Assembly (NCBI RefSeq): GCF_006345805.1
Contig: NC_043008.1
Coordinates: 43,710,001 to 43,774,000, forward strand
Direction of reading: 5' to 3'
Source: Octopus sinensis
Taxonomy: Eukaryota
Length of the DNA stretch: 64,000 nt
The position numbers were made by a program, and so were the translations under genes. Below the pieces are notes generated by a model, which saw only the letters and a program-made list of their open reading frames with translations, had not been told where the DNA came from and did not search any database. Position 1 is the stretch's first letter. Each line of letters opens with the position of its first letter. Shown here piece after piece: positions 1 to 14,896 of the stretch.

Positions 1-231
1 TGTGGTGTGTGTGTGTGCGTATGTATGTATGTATATATGTGTATATATATGGATAATGTTAGTATATATGAATATATAGACATATCTGTGTGTATACATA
101 CAGTGTAATACATTTATGCATACATACATACATACATACTACATACATACACATCACACACATATATATATATATATACATACATGCATACACAACACAC
201 ACCACACACACCTATATATATATATTCATCC

Positions 232-276
<45 letters not shown>

Positions 277-994
277 ATATACTTTCGAATTCTCGGAACG
301 TTACAAAAGTTACTCAACGGCCAACAGCTTTTCGCTGCATAGACAGACATACAAGCGCAAAACATGCATTCATGTATACTTCATTATTCAACAAAGTTAC
401 AGCTGTTCGCCATTACAATTTCACTGCAGTCTCAGCGCGCGATTCTTCAGGAAAAGTAACAAGGTAATAGAAATATTGCACATGTCAAAATAATTTGATG
501 AAACGGCTGTGGTAGTGGTGGTGGTGGTGGCCTGTTGTAGACAACAATAAAACAGAAAGGAGAGGAAATACTAAAGAAAAGGGGGAAAGGATCAACCAGC
601 TTTGTATGGAATAGAATGGTTGAAAATTGCCGCATAAACGAATGCTAATGTTTTTATTAACGGATGGTTGGATTAACGGCAAAGAAATGTCACATCATTT
701 TTATATAATGTTATAACTGTCATATTTGTAAAGGCGAGAAGAAAGACTTAAGAATGGTTTGATTTTCTTCTGTTTTTTTTTGTAACCAGGCTGAAAAATA
801 TTGAATTACATATATATATAAAGAAAAATAGAGAAGCTATTTAGAAAGGAGACATAGAAATGATATGTTAGAGTTTAGTAAAGGTGTCACTGGGAAAAGA
901 TATTGCTAAAAGAGATAAATAAAATTTCCAACTGTTGTAACAATTTGTAACCTGTTATCTTGTTGAAAGAACATACTTAATGAAGACTCGCTTG

Positions 995-1047
<53 letters not shown>

Positions 1048-1089
1048 TATCTATATATCTATATCTATATATATATATATGTCTGTCTG

Positions 1090-1167
<78 letters not shown>

Positions 1168-1205
1168 AATCTGTATATAAATATTTCAACAAATATAACG
1201 CCAAA

Positions 1206-1715
1206 GTGAGTTATTCCTGCTTAAGTAACATAACTTCTAATATTGCACACTACAACAGTCGCAAACATGCATCTGCACAACCTCCAACCCCAACCTGTAA
1301 CTTCAGAAATCCTACTAGATGCTCTCTAGGAGAGTCCTGCTTCTCAAGGTCTGTGGTCTACAGAGTCACCCTCACGCCATCTGTTTGCATCACAAGGCAC
1401 TACACGAGCATGACAGTCAAGTATTTCAAGGGAAGATACACACAACACGTGCATTCGCTCAGATGCAGAGGTAAAGCGAATTCCACATCTTTCTTTCACT
1501 CCCTCTGGAGCCTCCCTGACCTCTGGAATGAAATATCTAGCATCAAATAGACCATTGTCGGCAAGGCGCTATCCTATTCACCCAACAGCCGCAGTCGCCA
1601 TCTTTGCCTGCATAAAAGTTTGAACATCCTCCATCAACCTGCAGTATCTATCAACCGGAAATATGAACTTTCCCATTGCTGCCACCAGTTGTATTCTCTC
1701 CTTGTGAACCACTGG
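1206..1715 (+). mobile_element. Penelope-like element (PLE) relic: Cys-rich linker and GIY-YIG endonuclease
   Basis: One frame reads SYSCLSNITSNIAHYN...TCNFRNPTRCSLGESC...VVYRVTL...HYTSMT..YFKGRYTQH...SIK*TIVGKALSYSP...HLCL...INRKYEL..CCH. It is interrupted only by a TAG at 1548-1550 where PLEs have Trp. Matches the recalled C-terminal GIY-YIG region of PLEs. Confidence 0.85.
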
Positions 1716-2066
1716 CTGCCGACAACTCAGACGTTGCACCTTAAAATCGGCTGCTCTCTAGAACCACAACCAAGGGCAGAGTTCCAACGCACCAATGCCC
1801 CCGCAGACTGAACCCCACAACTTTATGCATCCCGTAATTTCGCCCCTAATTCCGTCTCCATATACTTGGATAAACACATGAACACACAAGCACGTGCACT
1901 CACACACACACACACTAGGTGCATTTGCACACCCAAACACACCCACACTCATGTACCCACACAGATAAATGAGAACATCTATACACTCACATACATGCAC
2001 CCACACAGTCACCACACACACCTATAGACTAATAACACAACCACATCCACGCATTCATATATCTTG

Positions 2067-2141
<75 letters not shown>

Positions 2142-2995
2142 GCACACACTCATATATATGTGTGTGTTTGTATGTATGTGTGTGTGTATGTGTGTATAGA
2201 TATGTGCTTTTTATTCTAGAATTCCTGATTGCTTACAAATTTCTCTACTTGTGTATAGAATCGCATTAACTCGCTGATAACTAACGCAATTCTTGGTTGC
2301 TGTGTCTATATCGTCCATATTTGGAGTTTATTAAACTCTTTCATTTCAACAATAACCACAAAACAGAAAGAAACCATATTGTATACCGTGTCTCCCGTGG
2401 TCTCTCTAGAAATGATTTCCAATTTTTAAGTCCTGTCCCGGTTCCAGCTGTGGAACGGTGAATAGACTTAATCACTGAAAGCATATATTTACCCCGTTTA
2501 TGCTCGCTTTCTTGCCCTTTTTCAGCTTCCTCACATCTTCTCTCATTTTGCATAGATATATGCAACTGTGTGTGTCTGTGTGTATTTGTGCGTGGGAAAC
2601 TATCTGTTTGTCAGTCTGTCTCTCTCTCGCCTCATTTGTGCGTTTGTATTATACAACGCTACCATTCGCAAATATAAGTATTGAAAGTTAACAAAATAAG
2701 TTCAATTTGTTGCTGGTTCTGCTGTGGTTTGACCCTTGTTTAGATTTGAACTGGCATCCCAGTGATCAAAGACATTTCAGTCATGACCGTACCATCTTTT
2801 ATGTATATATATATATATAGTTTAAATTTCCCCTAAAGGTAAGATGAACAAAATAGATGAACTCCATCCGGTGAAAGATAAACATTGTTTAATGTGCATA
2901 GTATATAGTTATGAGCTAGTAAGAGTTTCATACATTAGAGATGTTGGCTTGGCAGGTTTTAATAAGATTGCTTGAAGCTTAGTTTTTCTCAAGAA

Positions 2996-3095
2996 NNNNN
3001 NNNNNNNNNNNNNNNNNNNNNNNNNNNNNNNNNNNNNNNNNNNNNNNNNNNNNNNNNNNNNNNNNNNNNNNNNNNNNNNNNNNNNNNNNNNNNNN
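2996..3095. other. Assembly gap (100 N)
   Basis: Run of 100 N seen directly. Confidence 1.
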
Positions 3096-3360
3096 CGTAC
3101 ACACACACACACGCACAAGTATATATACGTACACACGCACACGCACAAGTATATATACGTACACAAGCACACACAAGTATATGTACGTACACACACACAA
3201 GTTTTTATACGTACACACGCACAAGTATATATACGTACACACACACAAGTACATATATGTAAACATACACATAAGTATATATACGTACACACAGACAAGT
3301 ATATATACGTACACACACACACACACAAGTACATATACGTACGCACACACACATACACAC
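3096..3360. repeat. Minisatellite built from microsatellite pieces, unit about 26-32 bp (cgtacacac...acaagtatatata), about 9 units, abutting the gap
   Basis: cgtacaca...caagtat recurs at about 3096, 3128, 3158, 3186, 3210, 3234, 3284, 3308 and 3338. Confidence 0.8.
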
Positions 3361-3642
3361 ATATAGAAAGGCTAAGAGATGCTTACAATCAGTAAGCAAA
3401 AAAAAAACAAAAAACAAGTGCGCTCCAAGAGACAAAAACAAATATAAAAAACAATAACAAATATCAAAAATACCAAAATACAAGAATACAGCGGTTAACA
3501 ACAGCAACTGGAACAAGAAGAACAAAAAAAATCTACATCCACAGCTAACATGTGAAAAAGTAATAGAAACAATATTCATTTAAATGTAAGAAAATTCATG
3601 ACAATGAAAATATTTTAACTAATAATAATAATAATAATAATG

Positions 3643-3674
<32 letters not shown>

Positions 3675-4202
3675 AATGATAATGGTAATAGTAATAAAAA
3701 TGTCAACGAAGGAGGTAAGAAATTTTAAATAAACGTCAGCAATGATTCAAGAAAGCAGACTTAAATAGATTTATAGAGTTATATAGATTTATGTGTATAT
3801 ATATAGATATATATATATATATATATATATAAGTATAGACATACAATTATGTGAATACACACAGGGCCGCGTGCACATATTCACACACACACACACACAT
3901 GTGTGCGTGCGTGTATATATATGGATATATGTAACTTGGTGACGAACTGCATATTCAAGAAGAAATACAATTTAAATACATGTACGTTTATATATGCGTA
4001 CATGAGCATATAGATATAAATATAAATACATAGATATAAATGTATATATTATACACATATATGTACACTTATATTTTGTGTATATTATATATATAATATA
4101 TATGTAAGAATGTCCTATATTGGCAGATACACTGACATGCATACATTTATGTGCACACTAAGAATACGTTTTAACCCAGTATGAATTTCTGTTTGTCAGT
4201 AA

Positions 4203-4250
<48 letters not shown>

Positions 4251-4421
4251 ATCTATCTATCTATCATCTATATACCTATCTATACACATGTGCACATAAT
4301 GCTTATATGCTATATGGCGTACATATATATACATATTTATATATAATATGCATACATATATATATACATATATATATGGTCATATATATATATATACACA
4401 CACCACACACCACACACACAC

Positions 4422-4471
<50 letters not shown>

Positions 4472-5108
4472 CTGTAATAGCCGCATACATATGAGCACGC
4501 ACCAAATGTCCACACAACGCATTCACCACTTCTACCCAACAAAAAAATTTCCCCCAGAAGTGCTAAATATATAAAACGAAAACTTTTAAAAAACTATCTG
4601 CAGAAATAAGAAGAAATAAGAGATATATTTTATTTATTTTATTTTATCTTTTTTTTTTTTGGATTAGGTCGATATAATCACTATTAGCGAATGATTGATG
4701 GAATGGAGTGACAGTTCGACCTCAATACCATTCATTTTTCATGCAAACAACATGTTGACAATCACAAAAGCGCAATGTGGAGTTGTCGAACAGTTTAACT
4801 TAGCGACGTGTCTTCATGTTGCCAGACTTCTCATACCAAAGCAACCCGAACATTGGTATTGAAAACCAAACAAACAAAAAAAAATAAAAACTACAAAATT
4901 TCAATAAAAGTATAGAAAAAAAAATGAAAACGAAGAAGGAAGTAAAACAAAATTAAAAAAATAAAATATAACAAAAGACTGCTTTTTTAATATTGATTCC
5001 GATGCTAAATGCTTTGACAGTTATTTGACGTTAGACTTTAGTATTCAGATATTTTACATCTCGAATTGGATTGCTATGTCATATATATACATACATATAT
5101 ATACTTAC

Positions 5109-5142
<34 letters not shown>

Positions 5143-5292
5143 GAATAAGCTCGCTTCTGTAAGTGTGTGTATATGTGTGCGTGCGTCTGTGTGTGCAAAA
5201 ATGTACTTTCTGTCAAGGATATTGCAGTACCTCGACAGTGAGTACTGGCGGATATGTTGATGGTGATGGTACGGAGTACACACACACACCAC

Positions 5293-5329
<37 letters not shown>

Positions 5330-5439
5330 TATATATATACACATGCATATATATATCTATATATATATATGCGTATATATATATAATATATATATATATA
5401 TAATATATACATGTACGTATGTGTACTTCTATACGTATC

Positions 5440-5476
<37 letters not shown>

Positions 5477-5959
5477 TATATTATATATATATATATATTA
5501 TATTATATACAAGCATATATGTATGTGTGTATATATGCATGAACTAAACATGTACTTATAATGACAGACCCCCACCGATAAGTACATAGAAATGGAATGA
5601 AAGAAAAGACTAAACTATAATCAGATTGACAACTTATAAAGAGATTGGAGCATCCCATTTGTATGGCAATGTAACTAATACGTACAGTATCTCCATTGTG
5701 TAGATATCAGTAGTTCTATGTATGTATGTATGTATGTATGTATGTATGTATGTATGTATGTATATATGCATGTGTGTGTATGTATGTATGTAAGTATGTA
5801 TGTATGTATTTATGTATGTATGTATGTATGTATGCATGTATGTATGTATGTATATAAATATGTATCTATGTATTTATGTATGTATGTACGTATGTATGTA
5901 TGTATCTATCTATCTATCTCACTTGGAATCGATTTTTGTAATTCTTTCAAGATTTATAC

Positions 5960-6075
5960 ACGCCCTGATACCGTCGGTATCTACATATCAAATTTGAGCG
6001 CAATTGGATGGAGGATGCCCGAGATCCTAGAAGACACACACACAGACAGACAGAACGAATTTTATATCATATATA
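5960..6075 (+). mobile_element. 3' end of a Helitron-like non-autonomous element
   Basis: caaatttgagcgcaattgg...gagatcctagaagacacacacacagacagacaga...tttatat layout, similar to 55640-55750. Family assignment from memory only. Confidence 0.4.
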
Positions 6076-6180
6076 TATATATACACACACACACTCATAT
6101 ATTGTATGCTAGGCTACTGGTTTTAAATTGATATTAATTAATTAATATTCAATTTATCTCCCTCATTATTTAAATTATAT

Positions 6181-6215
<35 letters not shown>

Positions 6216-6265
6216 GGTGTGTGTGTGTGTGTATTCATATATGTATGTAGGTATGTATGTATAAA

Positions 6266-6612
6266 CAAATTTAGGGAATGGAATAGGTAAGTTTCAGGCT
6301 ACATATGTTCCCTAGCCAGCAGAACCTCGAAAGTAATAATTACTCAACAAGGAGTACTCCATTGGCTACTCTTCAGGACGAAGAGACCTTATTTAAATGA
6401 AGGTTACATTGTCATCAAAGGATCTCAAGAGATTTCGATCAAAGCCCCTCCGAGTTAACTTGGGATCTCTTGACGACAATGTCACCTTCATTTAATTAAG
6501 GTATCATAGGCCTGATCAGTAGCTACTGTACTAAGTGAATACTGGTTCCTAGGTTCGGTTAGCTAGGAGGCATATGTATCCTGGATTTTACCTGTTTCAG
6601 TCCTTAAATTTG
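6266..6612. mobile_element. Imperfect palindromic (fold-back, MITE-like) element, 347 bp
   Basis: caaatttagggaatggaataggtaa (6266) is inverted at ttacctgtttcagtccttaaatttg (ends 6612). Inner arm ccttatttaaatgaaggttacattgtcatcaa is inverted at ttgacgacaatgtcaccttcatttaattaagg. Confidence 0.85.
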
Positions 6613-7103
6613 GATTTTTATCCGCATACATAACAACCCCAGTTGTTGGCTGTGAACTTTAAAATAACTTGAAATCTGTATATGCGCTATAAACAGAGAA
6701 TTTCACATGATATAAATACTGTAGCGGGTGCCTTTCCTCGTGTGGGTGAACACGAATTTACTAACCATAAAAGCACATAATTTCATACTCACGTATTTCA
6801 AGGCGGTGGCCCAGCATTGAGGTAGTCTAACGAGTGAAACAAAAAAATAAAATGAAAGATAAAAAAATATATATAAATACATACATATATGGATATACTA
6901 GTCTTTCCTCGTGTAAAAAAACTACAACACCGAATGAGAGACATCCTATGCGTTTGCTTATTTTTTTAGATAAATACAGAATAACATTGATGGATGATTA
7001 AATTCTGGATGTAGAGACAGAAAATGGTTGTTAGGGTTTTATAGGTTCTGGAAGAATTTGAGGTTAAGCTCATTGTCGAACAAAGGAAGTTGGCAGGCAT
7101 AAC

Positions 7104-7278
<175 letters not shown>

Positions 7279-7339
7279 ATATATATGTATATATAAGTAG
7301 TATGTATATATAGTTTGAAATTTATAGAAAAAGAAAAGG

Positions 7340-7450
7340 TGAAGATAGGTGTATGAACACAAGCAAGTGTATGACGGTCGGGAAAATGAAAAAAATCTTT
7401 TACGTTTCGAGCCTACGGTCTTCAACGGAAAGGGATAAGAGAAAATAAGC
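7340..7450 (-). mobile_element. Degenerate copy of the small TA-flanked element carrying the variant hammerhead-like motif
   Basis: Reverse complement reads ttt-ccgttga-a-gacc-gtag-gctc-gaaacgta-aaaga (7396-7433). Confidence 0.6.
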
Positions 7451-7632
7451 ACATAATATATACATACATATATATATGTATGTATGTATGTATATATTGT
7501 ATACACACATATATATATACATATGCATGTATATACACACTTATGTATCTATATATATATGTATATATATGTGTTATATATATATATACATACATTTTCA
7601 TATGTATATGTAAATATATGTGTATGTATGTT

Positions 7633-7681
<49 letters not shown>

Positions 7682-8239
7682 AGTGAATGGAATAAATGGA
7701 GTTGAACGAAGATTGTACAGAATACCTTTTATTACATACTACACATGTTTCGAAGGCCAACAAATTTCCAAATTCTGTTTAAATAAGGGTACCATATTGC
7801 GGCTTTCTCTTCAGGAAAAATAACTGGAATTCCGTTGACAGGACAAAACAAAACAGAGGCACAGCAATTCGAACGAAGATGCTCCTTAGGAGCCCATGGC
7901 TGAACTCAGCCATGTATTATATGATATGATGTGATATGATATGGTCTCATTTATATATCACCAGTTGTCAGTGCCTTTTCTTGCTAGTTTTAGCGCCATT
8001 CACACAATCAATGATTCAAAAATTTCTTGCATCGCACAAGAACAGAGAAAGTAGAATAGAATTACTAACTCCTACAGAAACTGTCAATGGCATATTGTAG
8101 CGTGACTCTCACGGTATAAAGATAAACATAAACACGAGGATGTAAGTGCGAACAAACCGTATATCGTTATCCAAGATAATTGATACAGGCCTTGTACAAT
8201 AACTGCTACGGATTACCTAAGGGACTATAACGAATCAGT

Positions 8240-8391
8240 AAGGGCGGCAAGGTGGCAGAATTGTTAGCAGGCCTGGCGAAATGCTTAGTGTTACTTCGTC
8301 TGCCGTTACGTTCTGAGTTCAAATTCCCCCGAGGTCGACATTGCCTTTCCTCCTTTCGGGGTTGATCAATTAAGTACCAGTTACGCACTGG
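8240..8391 (+). mobile_element. tRNA-derived SINE, family A
   Basis: Head agggcggcaaggtggcagaattgttagc, B-box gagttcaaattcc, body gaggtcgacattgcctttcctcctttcgggg. Confidence 0.9.
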
Positions 8392-8615
8392 AAAAGGTGA
8401 CTCGGGAGATTTGAACACAAAACATAAAGTACCAGAAATACTGCCCGCAAATTTAACCGATGCTCTAACGATTTTTCCAATCCAATGATGTGGATGAGAT
8501 GGATGAGGGTAGCAATAATAATGAGAAATATGATGATGATGATCATTATAATAATAACAACAACAACAACAATAATAATAATAATAATAATAACAACAAC
8601 AACAACAACAACAAC

Positions 8616-8658
<43 letters not shown>

Positions 8659-8969
8659 GCAATAATGATATTAATAATAATAACAGCAATAATAATAACA
8701 ATGATGATGATGATAATTATGATGATGATGATGATGATAATAATAATAAAAATAAACAGCAAAGCAATAAATAATGCAAATATTAGGATAAAAATAAATG
8801 CAGTAAATAATACATAAAAAACACAAAGATATAAGCAATAAAAACAAAATATAGTTGTAGATATGAACAATATATTGTTTCTCATGTATGATGTTATTTT
8901 CGCTAAAAGTCGGTTCTAGACAATACTTTCGTACTCTTATTAATACAAAAGCAATAACAGTCTATACAG

Positions 8970-9079
<110 letters not shown>

Positions 9080-9174
9080 CACACTGAAACAATATGTATG
9101 TGTGTGAGTGTGTATATTAATGAACCTACATATACAGCGACACAGAAATATGTATGCAAATATATGTAAAAACA

Positions 9175-9210
<36 letters not shown>

Positions 9211-9376
9211 CTCACTCACACACATACACACATAGAGACACACATGAATATATATGCGTATATATAGTCACAAACATAAAAGTGCATATGAAATATGTAT
9301 TAATATATATGAATATAGATATATTTATATGTAGAAATATATACATGCATATACACACACATACACACACACACAT

Positions 9377-9413
<37 letters not shown>

Positions 9414-9510
9414 GTTACATACGTACATACGGACGTGTGTGTGCATGTGCATCAAAGGATAACTGTGTGTGTGATATATGTTTGTATGTATGTCTATATA
9501 TATGTATATA

Positions 9511-9567
<57 letters not shown>

Positions 9568-9730
9568 GTATATATATATATTATATGTATATATATGTAT
9601 ATAAATATGTTATATAAATCCATATGTATAATATATATATATATAAAGATATATATATATAAATATATATATATACACACACACATACAAACATTTGCAC
9701 ATATTCATTTGCGTGTATATGTGTGTGATT

Positions 9731-9775
<45 letters not shown>

Positions 9776-10149
9776 AGTGAGTACTGGATGCGTTTGTAAG
9801 AAGTATGTACTTATTTCTGTGTTTAGAACTATAAAATAGATAAGATGTTGTCAGCTTTTTAAACTTTGGAAGCTGGTGTTCAATTTATAAAATCTCAAAG
9901 TAAAAGTTAATGGGTTTCTAGTTTTTATTGAAGATGAAAGCTACTAATTTCTAGTTTGTGATGGTTTTATTATTGCTTTTGATTGTCCGGCTGCAAGCCG
10001 AGTCTGTTATTTTCTAAAGCCCTTTTCTTAACCTTCTTCTTCCGAACTCGGATAGCTTTGAGATTTCTATTTTTTGGCTGCCTATCTGATGAATAAGCAA
10101 GAGGATATGTGTTATAAAAGGATGACCGAACAACGAAAATTACTGTGCA

Positions 10150-10250
10150 CAGGAAGTAGACGGTGACGTCATTGGATATTTTACGCCATCTTAATAATAT
10201 TCATAGCCGCCATTGCTTATTATGTATTTGTGAGAAAAACGAAATGGCGT
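10150..10250. promoter_or_regulatory. Candidate promoter/enhancer: ETS, CRE, CCAAT and three YY1-like motifs
   Basis: CAGGAAGT 10150-10157, TGACGTCA 10164-10171, ATTGG 10171-10175, CGCCATCTT 10184-10192, GCCGCCATTG 10206-10215, AAATGGCG 10242-10249, all in non-repetitive sequence. Confidence 0.45.
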
Positions 10251-11177
10251 TGGAGTTGATATGCATCACTTTTCCTTTCATTGTCTTTCTTTCTTTTTGT
10301 TGATCTGAGCAGTTATATCTGCGTGCCAGATATCTCTATGTTCTTTAACCCTAGGCTGATTGTCATTCAGTAAATATGTGATTAAAAGCGTTTCTACCGT
10401 GCCCATCTTGTTTTATAGTTACAAAATCCAATATGCCCTTGTATTTCTTAAAGATATTAATGATTGATTTGATGAAAATTTGGCAGTCAAATTCAAGCAA
10501 GCCGCTCAACCGCGTGCGGAGGATTCTAATATTGGCCTGCGTCCGACCTATACACAAATGCATATTTAGATAGATAGGCAGATAGATAGATATATACATA
10601 CATATATACGTACGTACATTCATGCATACATACGTACGTACATACATACACACGCACATACATATATACATGTACATAGACATATCTATACATACATGCA
10701 TAGTCACCTATTTCTTCTTACCTGTTTATATGTCAAAAATTTGCCTGATGATGGGTTTTTGCCATGATGTAATCCCAATATATAGTCAACAAAATGTTGC
10801 CGAAGCACCTATTGTAAATTCTGAATCACATCTGTGTTTTTCTTTATAAGTATATACATACATGTATTTATGTATATATATATATATGTATATGTATATA
10901 AGTGTGTATGTTCGCTCAGAGCTATCTGCCTGAATTGAGGAAAACGAATCTTTATGCAGCGTAACTCTGCGTCTCAAAGTAAGGCTGGTTTGGCCCACAT
11001 AATGTGGCCACAAACTGAGCAGGTTAGGACATAAATTAGGTTTCGGGAGCACAACGAAGTTGGTCTTAATTGAAAATTTTTCTCCTTGCTGGAATGTGAA
11101 TTCCGAGCCTTCAGTTTGGTATGGCCATGTACCACATTTAGGTCGTCCGCATTTTTTAACTGTTGATATCGTGTATA

Positions 11178-11218
<41 letters not shown>

Positions 11219-11699
11219 ATTATATATATAAACATTTATATGTAAGGGAGACAGAGAGAGAGAGATGGAGAAGAGAGAGAGAATGTGTGAGCTTCCAAAT
11301 ATGAAATCTACATGGACAATAGTTTCATTTTCATGTTTCTTTCTTTTTTCAGATTCTCGAACATAGGTTTATTTAATGTGATTTTAAGACATTAAACATC
11401 TTTTCGTTGAAAATCAGGATTCATTTCATTATTTTGTATAAAGACCAAGGAACTTGATAAAACTTAAATTATGATTATTATGTATATGCCATATTTCCTG
11501 ATCGTAAGCATTGTCGCAAAAGTATTCTGCTAAAGATAACCGTCATATGACGAGTAATATTCTAGTTTATATAGACATTAAATTGTATTATTTACTTAAT
11601 AACCTGCTTGGTCGTTCCCCGGTTATACTTAAGTTAGTCAGGGAGGTGGAAGTGGAGTGAATGAGAGGTTGAGTAAAAGTATGTGTATAGAGAGAGAGA

Positions 11700-11753
<54 letters not shown>

Positions 11754-12864
11754 AGAGAGGGAAACAGAGACGGAAGTGAGAAAGTAGAGAAAGAAGTGCA
11801 ATAAGTCCAAATGTGTCACGTGGTTAGTTGAAAGGAGAGGGGAACAGCGAGAGAAAAAACAGTGAGAGAAAAGAGGGAGAGAGAAGTGTTAACGACGTGT
11901 ATAGAGTGGGAAGGGGGAAGGTAAAGAGAAAGAGATATGTTTAGGATACAAATTGAGCAGAGTCACTGATACACTACAGAAAGCAATGCGCGCCACAACA
12001 CTCAAAATGTCTGTATTACACAAATTATTGTTGTTTAATACGACAGCTTGCATGATGATGAGTAGAATAAAGGTGCCTCTATGAATTCTCTCGACCTGCT
12101 AGAAATAACGACTAAATGTTCTACGATAACACCCATGTGTTTTAAAAAACATGATGAGGATACGTCGGATAATGTAGCTCTAGATATAAGAAAAAATACA
12201 GGACCGGTTTAGTCGATCGGTTTCCTTGACTAAAATGCATAGCCGCGTACTTACGCTGGAAATCAATATCATCTTCTTCATAAAACGTCCGATGCTATTT
12301 TACTTTCAACGATCTTGCCAGGCTACCATATTCCAATGATTCTAAACACCAACGATTTTATTTACCATTCTCTTTGACGATTCCTCGATCGAACTACATG
12401 TGAAGCACCCAGACATTAAAAATCCAGCCTACCTACTCGAATATTCTGTTAGTGTTTACATGAAAGGAAAACTTTGTTTTGTGTGTGTGCGTATGTGTGG
12501 GGGGATTATAAATCCAGAATTGATTGTCTTTTATGAGAAAGTGGAAAACAAGAAGCAGAATTGAAACAGAAGACTGACGAACAAGCAGGACCACTACTAC
12601 TTACTATACTACTACTACTACTACTACTACTTACTACTACCACCACCACCAACCAACACCACCACACCACTACTACTACACTACTACTACTACCACCACC
12701 ACCACCACCACTACTACTTACTACTACTACTACTATAATACTACTACTACTGACTACTACTACTATACTACTATTACTACTCTACGACTACTATGTTCTA
12801 CTACTACTACTAAATAAATACATAAATGCCCTGATGCAGTACTAGACTGGCTCTATTGGCTTCG

Positions 12865-13350
12865 ATCATAACAGACTGGAAGTGTTATCATGTACATGGT
12901 TTTGTCTCGGTATAAAAGATGGGCTCCAGCAAATATTCTGCTCAATACTACAGATTTGTTTGTCAGCTGCTTGACCCTAACCAGTTGAACATGTTCCTTG
13001 GTGGCTGACGATATGTGCCTCTCTGATCATGAGCAGAAGTAGTGGCGGAGCATCATAGCCATGTGTCGAAAAGAATTCTTTGTAGTTTGAAACATGTGTG
13101 TTTTGCTAATCATCCTTAAACAAACCTTATTCAAGGACTCTTTGTGCGGGATGGACTACTCAAACTGAAGAAAATTCTCACTACGCCCCACCTACAAGGT
13201 CATGCACTGTTTATCCTGATATAAGATCGCCATGTTGCGCACGTATGGTTGTGATACATGTGCCTGGTGCACCCTTATCAGACAGGTAGTCATGATGGGC
13301 TTCGTGTATTTGTACCCCAGTGTCACTTTGATGGTATGTACTGCTCGCTC
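12865..13350. mobile_element. Unclassified interspersed repeat of about 490 bp ending at an (AAT)n tract, copy 1
   Basis: Colinear and clearly homologous to 26662-27175 from gactggaagtgttatcatgtacat to cagtgtcactttgatgg...ctc-aataataat. Confidence 0.85.
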
Positions 13351-13380
13351 AATAATAATAATAATTATTATTATTATTTC

Positions 13381-13583
13381 TATTCTAAGTACAAAGCCTT
13401 GAAAATTTTCAAGGGAAGGGGGTTAATCAATTATATCGACCCCATTGCGTAACTGGTACCTATTTCATCGACCCCGAAAGAATGAAAGGCAAAGTCGACC
13501 TCAGCGGAATTTGAACTCAAAACCTAGCGGCAGACGAAATACAGCTAAGCATTTCGCCAGACGTACTAACGATTCTGCCAGCT
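13381..13583 (-). mobile_element. tRNA-derived SINE, family A
   Basis: atcgaccccgaaagaatgaaaggcaaagtcgacctcagcggaatttgaactc...ctaacgattctgccagct. Confidence 0.9.
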
Positions 13584-13643
13584 ACAAAGAATTCTTTTCA
13601 ACACATGGCTATGATGCTCCACCACTACTTCTGCTCATAATGG

Positions 13644-13696
<53 letters not shown>

Positions 13697-13709
13697 TTGA
13701 TGATGATGC

Positions 13710-13775
<66 letters not shown>

Positions 13776-14896
13776 TTCGAAGAAAAGGTTATCTGGAGAA
13801 GAATAGCAAGATTTAATTAATATCTGCCATTAGCGTACTAAGGATGGTAGAATTAGACGGTATTAAGGAGGCGGGGTGCTTCTAAATACTTGATCTACTT
13901 TTATGAAGAAATTCAAATGAACACATCCGCACATACAGACACTCACATAAACGTATGTGTAGATACATATATACACTCAGTCATGCATACCAACATAATC
14001 AAAACGATTCACACACATATTTATCAATTCATAAATGACAAAAAAACAAGCGTTATGCAATCATTTCCTTTCGCTCAGAGCTGTTTCTGCTATAATAAAT
14101 TAGAGTTCAGTGTTCGTGCGATACCTTGTAGCGAAAACAGCTGTAAGCCAATGAAGGAGTTTTTGTAGCTCAATTTGTTTTCTCATTAATTAATTAATTA
14201 ATTGATATTATGCATCGTAATTTCTTGATGCCTGAGCTTCCATCAAGCCCAAACAATATTACATGCTGGTTTCCTGGATGCCACGGGTTATTCAGACAGT
14301 TGTTGAAGCCAAACGTTTTTAGCTGATAATCAGCAGTAAGAAACGAAATACTTTTTGCTCGAAGATTTACTACAGAAACCAAAGGTTAACTAATTATTAA
14401 TAAAGATAATTGAAACTTATTTCAAGGGTGGTAATATCATGTCAAAAGGTAATTGTTTTCGTCACCTTATTGCGCTTTATATCAACATTGTATCATTTCT
14501 GAATAATATATAACCTGATGATTAGTGTATTACTGCCAGGTATGATATATTTTGCGTATATATATTCGACAAGTGTTGTTGACAAACACTTGCGGAAGAT
14601 CACGGCATTCTTGTATCTTGCATAGAGGTCATCATTTGAATCTCGCCCTTATCAGATGCTCAGTATTCATATTTTAATGTAGAAAGACGCGTGTTGGTGC
14701 AGTTTACTTTCCTGACTCTGAACTTCTCACGCCATTGGCTCTGAACTTCACACTAGAAATCTCTGTATGTCAAGCAATTACAGAGATTGCTTAACGATAT
14801 CAAAGTTCGCGTTAGTGGCTTGCAAGAAATGGGTATTCCAGACGAAAGAACGGATTTGTCTGAAATACATTCAAGTAATGTTGACATTATATTAAT

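Noticed and set aside
281-470. Unique segment ending in AAG/gtaata donor-like site
   Set aside because: No acceptor distinguishable from the upstream (TA)n and no recognisable peptide.
2341-2490. Possible minus-strand exon after ctttcag (IKSIHRSTAGTGTGLKNWKSFLERPRETR)
   Set aside because: Weak donor site and no protein I recognise; left unresolved.
7732-7815. Hammerhead-like CUGAAGA-GAAAGCC...GGCCUUC-GAAAC-AUGU-GUA on the minus strand
   Set aside because: Core and stem II are plausible but stem I barely pairs; at best a decayed relic.
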